Part shown: piece after piece, positions 49,485 through 55,196 of the stretch
Layout of the letters: every line of letters starts with the position of its first letter
How positions within the stretch are numbered: position 1 is the first letter of the stretch
IMG/VR virus record: IMGVR_UViG_3300033821_000049
Location: 1-55,196 of that record
Strand: one strand, 5' to 3'
Origin: a virus
Lineage: Duplodnaviria; Caudoviricetes
Length of the DNA: 55,196 nt
The notes under the pieces: model-generated
Databases searched by the model: none
Told to the model about the DNA's origin: nothing
Seen by the model: only the letters and a program-made list of their open reading frames with translations
Program-made: the position numbers and the translations under genes

Positions 49485-52400
49485 ATGGCTCAAACTAAAC
49501 TTGACTTAAGCGATAATAAATTTGAACAACTTTCGAATGAAATTCTGCATTTATCTGGGTGTACTCATGTATTTGGACAATTTCAATTAGAAAGCGGTTC
49601 AACATTATCAATATTGCCAAATCATGATACTGGTAAAGTTCTGACTTCAAATTCTGGTGGTACAGCAACATGGCAAGTCATTCCTACTATTATTATTCCT
49701 ATTACTGGTGCAACAAATGGTTTGAGTGTTACAGATAAAAAAATTAAATTAGGTGGTCAATTAACTGGAAATACGACTATAGATATTCTTACTTCTGATT
49801 TAAATTTATGTTCAAGTACAAATATAAATAGAGGTATCTCTCTCAATCAAACTGGTAATGAACTTAAATTATCATGGGGAGATGCTTCATCTGCTTGTAC
49901 TGCCAGTATAAGTGTCAATGATTTAAATGTATCATTATCATCAGTTTATTCTGGTGGCGGATGTGCTGCTGGACTTGAGATTACACATGTTGATAACAGA
50001 ATTTGTCTTAGTTCTACTGGTAGTAATAAAACATATCATGATAACAGAGGTTTTCATTATGTTTGTGATTATTCTGGTGGTGCTGATAGTAGATGGCTTC
50101 CAGATAAAGGATATGTTGATTCTAAATTAAGTGGCAATACATCGGCTTCTGGAGAAAGAATTACTAAATTAATATGTCAAGTTTCACATGGATTCAATGT
50201 TAAAGATATAATTGGTTGGAGTGGTGGAACATATAATAAAGCAATTGCTAATGGTTTATATGATGGTGAAGTTATTGGTATTGTAAGTAAATGTTATAAT
50301 GCCAATTGTTTTGATTTAACACAATCAGGTTATATTACTGGATTAACAGGATTGACTACAAGTACCACATATTTTTTAAGTGATGTTACTGCAGGTTTAT
50401 TAACTTCAATTGAACCAACTGGTAATACGCATATTAGTAAATCAGTATTAATTGCTAATTCAAGTACAAGTGGCTGGGTATTACCATATGCTGGATATGT
50501 AATAACAACTGGTGCAAGTGCTGGTGGTACTTGGGGGAGCATAACTGGTATACTTAGTGATCAATGTGATTTACAAACTTGTTTAAATGGAAAACTTGCC
50601 AGTGGTGGTACTGCTTTATGTGCAACAACTGCAGGTAATGCTTTAAAATTAAATAATCAAACAGCAAGTTTTTATCTCAATACTGGTTCTACAGCAATAT
50701 GTGCAACTTGTGCTGGTAACGCATCAACTTTAGTAGGTTGTACACCATCATGTTTTCTTGGAGTAAATGCAACTGCAGTGTGTGCAACCTGTGCAATTGG
50801 TGCTAAAAATCTCTGTGGTTGTGTACCAGCAAGTTTTCTTTTATCAGGTGGTACGGCTGTAAATTCATCGAAATTAGGTGGTCAGTTACCAGCATATTAT
50901 CTTAATACTGGTAGTACAGCACTATGTTCAACTTCAAGTATTGATTCAAAAGGTTTGTGTGGTTGTGTACCAACATGCTTCTTGGGTGTAAGTGCAACTG
51001 CCGTTTGTGCTACTTGTGCTATTGGTTCTAAAAACCTTTGTGGATGCGTACCAGCAAGTTTTCTTTTATCGGGTGGAACTGCAGTATGTGCTACTTGTGC
51101 AGGTAATTCATCAACATTAGTTGGTTGTACCCCTTCATGTTTTTTAGGTACAACTGCATGTGCTTGTGATTCAAAATGTTTAGGTGGTCATTTACCTGCT
51201 TATTATATTAATACAGGTACTACTATTACTTGTGCTGCTGATAGTGCAAAATTAAATAATAAATTACCTGCATACTATCTTAACACTGGTTCTACTGCTT
51301 TGTGTGCTACTTGTGCTGGAAATGCAAGTACTTTAGTTGGCTGTACGCCATCATGTTTCTTAGGTGCTACTGCTACTGCTGTTTGTGCAACATGTGCAAT
51401 AGGTGCTAAAAACCTTTGTGGATGTGTTCCAGCTTCATTCTTATTATCTGGTGGTACTGCCGTATGTTCAACCTGTGCAGGAAATGCAAGTACTGTGGCT
51501 GGTTGTACTCCTTCATGCTTCTTGGGTGCTACTGCTTGTGCATGTGATTCAAAATGTTTGGGTACACATTTACCAGCATATTATCTTACAAGTGGTGGTA
51601 CTGCTGTATGTGCAACCTGTGCAATTAGTTCAAAAGCATTGTGTGGTTGTGTACCAGCATCATTCTTATTAAGTGGTGGTACTGCAGTGTGTTCAACAAC
51701 TGCGGGAAATTCATTAAAATTAGGCAATCAATTACCAGCATATTATTTAAATACTGGTAGTACAATTACAGCAACTAATGCATTATGTTTAGGTGGAGTA
51801 TTAGCAGCAGGATATCTTCTTAGTGGTGGTACTGCTAAAAATTCATTATGTTTAAATGGTCATACTGAAGCAGCTTTATCAGTTTGTAATGCAGTGTGCG
51901 TTAATGGTCATGCTGAAGCAAATTTAAGTGTTGCAAATAGTGCTTGTCTTGGTGGTAATTTAGCTAATACTTATTTATCAACAACAGGTTGCGCTTGTGA
52001 TTCAAAATGTTTTAATGCAAAATTACCAGCATATTACCTTAATACTGGCAGTACGGCTATATGTTCAACTTGTGCAATAGGTGCTAAAAATCTTTGTGGT
52101 TGTGTACCTGCATCATTCTTACTCTCAGGAGGTACGGCAGTGTGTGCCACTTGTGCTGTTGGTGCTAAAAATCTTTGTGGTTGTGTACCAGCATCATTTC
52201 TTTTGTCTGGTGGAACTGCTCTTTGTGCAACAACTGCTGGTAATGCTTTATGTTTAGGTGGTAATTTGGCTAATACATATCTTTCAACAAGTGGTTGTGC
52301 TTGTGATAGTAAATGTTTAGGTGGTCATTTACCTGCATACTATCTTAATACAGGTAGTACTATTACATGTGCAGCAGATTCCGCTAAATTAAATAACAAG

Positions 52401-54248
52401 TTACCTACATATTATCTCAATACAGGTAGTACTGCTTTATGTGCAACAACTGCAGGTAATGCTCTTGCTCTTTGTAGTTGTGTACCATCGTGTTTTTTAG
52501 GTGCAACTGCTTGTGCTGCCGATAGTGCAAAATTAAATAATAAATCTGCAAGTTTTTATCTTAACACTGGTAGTACTGCTTTATGTGCAACAACTGCAGG
52601 TAATGCTTTGTGTTTAGGTGGTAATTTGGCTAATACTTATGCTCCACTTGCTTCACCTAATTTTACTACCTGTACTTGTGCTCCGATTGTTTGTGCAACT
52701 ACTTGTTTTAAAGGTTCTGGTGCTGGTTTAACTGGTACTGCAGCTTCATTAAAATCAAATGATTCTTCTTGTTTAAATGGAGTATTAGCAGCAGGTTATC
52801 TTTTATCTGGTGGTACTGCTGTTTGTACAACAACTGCTGGAAATGCTTTATGTTTAGGTGGAGTTTTACCCGCAGGTTATCTTTTAAGTGGTGGTACTGC
52901 TAAAAATTCATTATGTTTAGGTGGTGCTTTAGCTAATACTTATGCTCCATTAGCAAGTCCTAATTTCACAACTTGTACTTGCGCTCCAATTGTATGTGCT
53001 ACAACATGCTTTGTTGGTAGTGGCGCAGGTTTAACAGGAACTGCAGGTAGTTTAAAGGTTAATGATTCCAGTTGTTTAAATGGAGTTTTAGCAGCAGGAT
53101 ATCTTTTATCAGGTGGTACAGCTAAAAATTCATTATGTTTAGGTGGTGCTTTAGCTAACACTTTTGCTCCACTTGCATCACCTAATTTTACTACTTGTAC
53201 TTGTGCACCTATTGTTTGTGCAACTACTTGTTTTAAAGGTTCTGGTGCTGGTTTAACTGGTACTGCAGCTTCATTAAAATCAAATGATTCCAGTTGTTTA
53301 GGTGGAGTTTTACCCGCAGGTTATCTTCTTAGTGGTGGTACTGCAAAAAATAGTTTATGTTTAAATGGTCACACTGAAGCAGCACTGTCTGTTTGTAATT
53401 CAGTTTGTGTCAATGGTCATGCAGAAGCAAATTTAAGTGTTGCAAATAGTGCGTGTTTAGGTGGTAATTTAGCAAATACATATGCACCAATAGCATCACC
53501 GAGTTTTACAACTAAAGCAACAGCACCTATTCTCAGTGGTACTACTTGTGTTATATCACCTATTGTTTGTGCTTCAAGTTGTTTTGTTGGTGGTCAGGTT
53601 AAAGGTACAATTATAACTGGTAGTACATGTATTGAGTCACCAGTTATTCGATTAACAACAGGTGCTGGAGCAGGATGTGTTTTTACCAGTAATGCTGCTG
53701 GTTGTGGTATTTGGTGTAGTCCTGCTGCTGGTGGTCTTGCATGGAGTGGTACAACCGCTAATGGTGTTGGCACTTATGTTAGTGCCTCATGCATCAAGAG
53801 TAATCCTAACATGACTTTTGATGGCACAAAATTGGGTGTAACAGGAAATATATGCGCAAGTACATGTTTATGTTCGCCAATTACGATTGGTAGTACGTGC
53901 ATTTGTGGTGCAAATCTTAAATTAACAAGTGTTGCAGCAAGAAGTAGTGAAACCGCAATAACATATTTTAAATCAGATGGTACATTATTATCTGGTACAT
54001 CAAAATATGTTACCGTAACATTAAGTGCAAGTGGATGGACTGGTAGTACTAAACAAATAAAAGTTACTGTTGTTGGTGTGACTACAACAAACACTATTAC
54101 CGTATATCCACCATCAACAAGAGCAAGTTTTTTGGCATATGGAAATTCACAAATAAATTGTATTACACAAGGTACAAATACATTAACTTTTGAAAGTTCT
54201 AATATTCCAATAGTAGATTTAATTGTAAATATATTAATAGTAACATAA
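49485..54248 (+). CDS. Very large Cys-rich repetitive tail fibre protein
   Basis: N-terminal modules shared with the other fibres, followed by many approx. 27-aa A.C..A.N...L.G..P..[YF]L.[ST]G.T repeats. Confidence 0.7.
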   Translation: MAQTKLDLSDNKFEQLSNEILHLSGCTHVFGQFQLESGSTLSILPNHDTGKVLTSNSGGTATWQVIPTIIIPITGATNGLSVTDKKIKLGGQLTGNTTIDILTSDLNLCSSTNINRGISLNQTGNELKLSWGDASSACTASISVNDLNVSLSSVYSGGGCAAGLEITHVDNRICLSSTGSNKTYHDNRGFHYVCDYSGGADSRWLPDKGYVDSKLSGNTSASGERITKLICQVSHGFNVKDIIGWSGGTYNKAIANGLYDGEVIGIVSKCYNANCFDLTQSGYITGLTGLTTSTTYFLSDVTAGLLTSIEPTGNTHISKSVLIANSSTSGWVLPYAGYVITTGASAGGTWGSITGILSDQCDLQTCLNGKLASGGTALCATTAGNALKLNNQTASFYLNTGSTAICATCAGNASTLVGCTPSCFLGVNATAVCATCAIGAKNLCGCVPASFLLSGGTAVNSSKLGGQLPAYYLNTGSTALCSTSSIDSKGLCGCVPTCFLGVSATAVCATCAIGSKNLCGCVPASFLLSGGTAVCATCAGNSSTLVGCTPSCFLGTTACACDSKCLGGHLPAYYINTGTTITCAADSAKLNNKLPAYYLNTGSTALCATCAGNASTLVGCTPSCFLGATATAVCATCAIGAKNLCGCVPASFLLSGGTAVCSTCAGNASTVAGCTPSCFLGATACACDSKCLGTHLPAYYLTSGGTAVCATCAISSKALCGCVPASFLLSGGTAVCSTTAGNSLKLGNQLPAYYLNTGSTITATNALCLGGVLAAGYLLSGGTAKNSLCLNGHTEAALSVCNAVCVNGHAEANLSVANSACLGGNLANTYLSTTGCACDSKCFNAKLPAYYLNTGSTAICSTCAIGAKNLCGCVPASFLLSGGTAVCATCAVGAKNLCGCVPASFLLSGGTALCATTAGNALCLGGNLANTYLSTSGCACDSKCLGGHLPAYYLNTGSTITCAADSAKLNNKLPTYYLNTGSTALCATTAGNALALCSCVPSCFLGATACAADSAKLNNKSASFYLNTGSTALCATTAGNALCLGGNLANTYAPLASPNFTTCTCAPIVCATTCFKGSGAGLTGTAASLKSNDSSCLNGVLAAGYLLSGGTAVCTTTAGNALCLGGVLPAGYLLSGGTAKNSLCLGGALANTYAPLASPNFTTCTCAPIVCATTCFVGSGAGLTGTAGSLKVNDSSCLNGVLAAGYLLSGGTAKNSLCLGGALANTFAPLASPNFTTCTCAPIVCATTCFKGSGAGLTGTAASLKSNDSSCLGGVLPAGYLLSGGTAKNSLCLNGHTEAALSVCNSVCVNGHAEANLSVANSACLGGNLANTYAPIASPSFTTKATAPILSGTTCVISPIVCASSCFVGGQVKGTIITGSTCIESPVIRLTTGAGAGCVFTSNAAGCGIWCSPAAGGLAWSGTTANGVGTYVSASCIKSNPNMTFDGTKLGVTGNICASTCLCSPITIGSTCICGANLKLTSVAARSSETAITYFKSDGTLLSGTSKYVTVTLSASGWTGSTKQIKVTVVGVTTTNTITVYPPSTRASFLAYGNSQINCITQGTNTLTFESSNIPIVDLIVNILIVT
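50596..53500 (+). repeat. Degenerate approx. 81-bp (27-aa) tandem repeat array in the fibre gene
   Basis: Recurring units such as CATCAIGAKNLCGCVPASFLLSGGTAV and CAADSAKLNNKLPAYYLNTGSTAL. Confidence 0.8.
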
Positions 54249-54263
54249 AAATATTAAAATAAT

Positions 54264-55196
54264 ATGATAAATAATCCATTGGTAATAACATCCCTAACTC
54301 CAATTTCCCTTACTCCATCAGTATGGCAACCACAACCAGATTGGGTTAGTGTATCAGGTGTTAGTAGTAATGAAATTAATCTTTTAGTTACTCAAGGTAC
54401 TGGTATTGCTTTTTCAGTATGGTTACCAACTGGAACATATAGTATTAATTGGGGTGATGGTACAATTGTTAGTGGTTGTGTATCTGGAACAACATATCAA
54501 CATCAACATACAATAAGTGGCACTTCATGTTCACAAGGTTATAATACTTGGAAAGTAAGAATTTATGGTGCTGGTTCACAAATAACCAGATGGCTGGTTA
54601 CACCTCATACATTTAGTTTGACTGGTCAACATCATCCAATTTTATGGGCAGTATTTGGTACAACAGGAATGACAAGATGTGATAATATGTTTACGACTCC
54701 TTCTCAAAGTGTTCAAACAACTGATTTACAAGCATGTAATATTGCAAGTTTCGCAAATTGTACTACTACTTTACAAATGTTTTTTGGCTGTAATACACTT
54801 CAATATGTAAAAATGCCATCATCTTGGGGTAGTGTTACGAATGCTACACAAATGTTTCAGCAAACTGCTTTATCATCAATAACATTACCAACATCTTGGG
54901 GAAGTAATGCTTTGAATCTTACAAGTATGTTTTATCTCTGTACTGCTTTAGTATCAATAACATTACCAACATCTTGGGGTGGTGTTACGAATCTTACAAG
55001 TATGTTTAATAGTTGTCGTGCTTTACCATCGGTAGCATTACCTTTATCATGGTCTGGTGTTACGAATACTACAAGTATGTTTTATAATTGTACTTTATTG
55101 TATACTATAACATTACCAACATCTTGGGGTAGTGTTACAACCATAACAACTATGTTTTATGGTTGTGCTGCTTTAACCAGTATAAATTTGGGAACG
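54264..55196 (+). CDS. BspA-type leucine-rich repeat protein with a PKD-like N-domain (partial; absent from the ORF track)
   Basis: ATG 54264 reads MINNPLVITS...SINWGDGT..., then approx. 25-aa repeats such as TSMFYLCTALVSITLPTSWGGVTNL, open to the window end. Confidence 0.7.
   Translation, partial: MINNPLVITSLTPISLTPSVWQPQPDWVSVSGVSSNEINLLVTQGTGIAFSVWLPTGTYSINWGDGTIVSGCVSGTTYQHQHTISGTSCSQGYNTWKVRIYGAGSQITRWLVTPHTFSLTGQHHPILWAVFGTTGMTRCDNMFTTPSQSVQTTDLQACNIASFANCTTTLQMFFGCNTLQYVKMPSSWGSVTNATQMFQQTALSSITLPTSWGSNALNLTSMFYLCTALVSITLPTSWGGVTNLTSMFNSCRALPSVALPLSWSGVTNTTSMFYNCTLLYTITLPTSWGSVTTITTMFYGCAALTSINLGT

Noticed and set aside
1720-54094. Numerous 60-170 aa antisense or alternate-frame ORFs in the track
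   Set aside because: All are nested in longer + strand genes with recognisable motifs; they look like shadow ORFs.
464-55196. Stop-codon reassignment, as seen in some large phages
   Set aside because: Genes are full length and densely packed under the standard code; TGA and TAG end genes at sensible positions (e.g. 1999, 15821, 27881).
49485-55196. Diversity-generating retroelement acting on the fibre or LRR repeats
   Set aside because: No reverse transcriptase in the window and no template/variable repeat pair differing only at adenines; differences are mostly synonymous.

Overview
A very AT-rich 55 kb segment of a large, myovirus-like dsDNA phage genome, with every credible gene on the + strand. 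Bacteroidota-type TAnnTTTG promoters point to a Bacteroidota host. In order it carries: a ParB-DNA methyltransferase pair; baseplate-like genes; a 9.4 kb glycosylation/ADP-heptose cluster (glycosyltransferases, methyltransferases, HldA/HldC/HldD-like enzymes); putative head proteins; a T4-like replication/recombination module (ssDNA-binding protein, RecA/UvsX, 5'-3' exonuclease, DnaB); a Cys-rich tail-fibre cluster containing a GT9 heptosyltransferase-like gene; and seven homing-endonuclease-like ORFs. The main find is at about 30.95-36.5 kb. An ncRNA operon (promoter, three boxA-like elements, tRNA-Met, terminator) holds five short RNAs that share one conserved stem module (GRARAAC-N10/11-TACAG). 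Three of them are fused to tRNA mimics, each in a different topology, including a circularly permuted His-like tRNA and a UCA-anticodon tRNA body. The array lies upstream of a TROVE/Ro60-like vWA protein and an ARPP-like protein, so this is a candidate phage Ro/Y-RNA-like ribonucleoprotein system. All assignments come from reading motifs by eye; no database searches were run.
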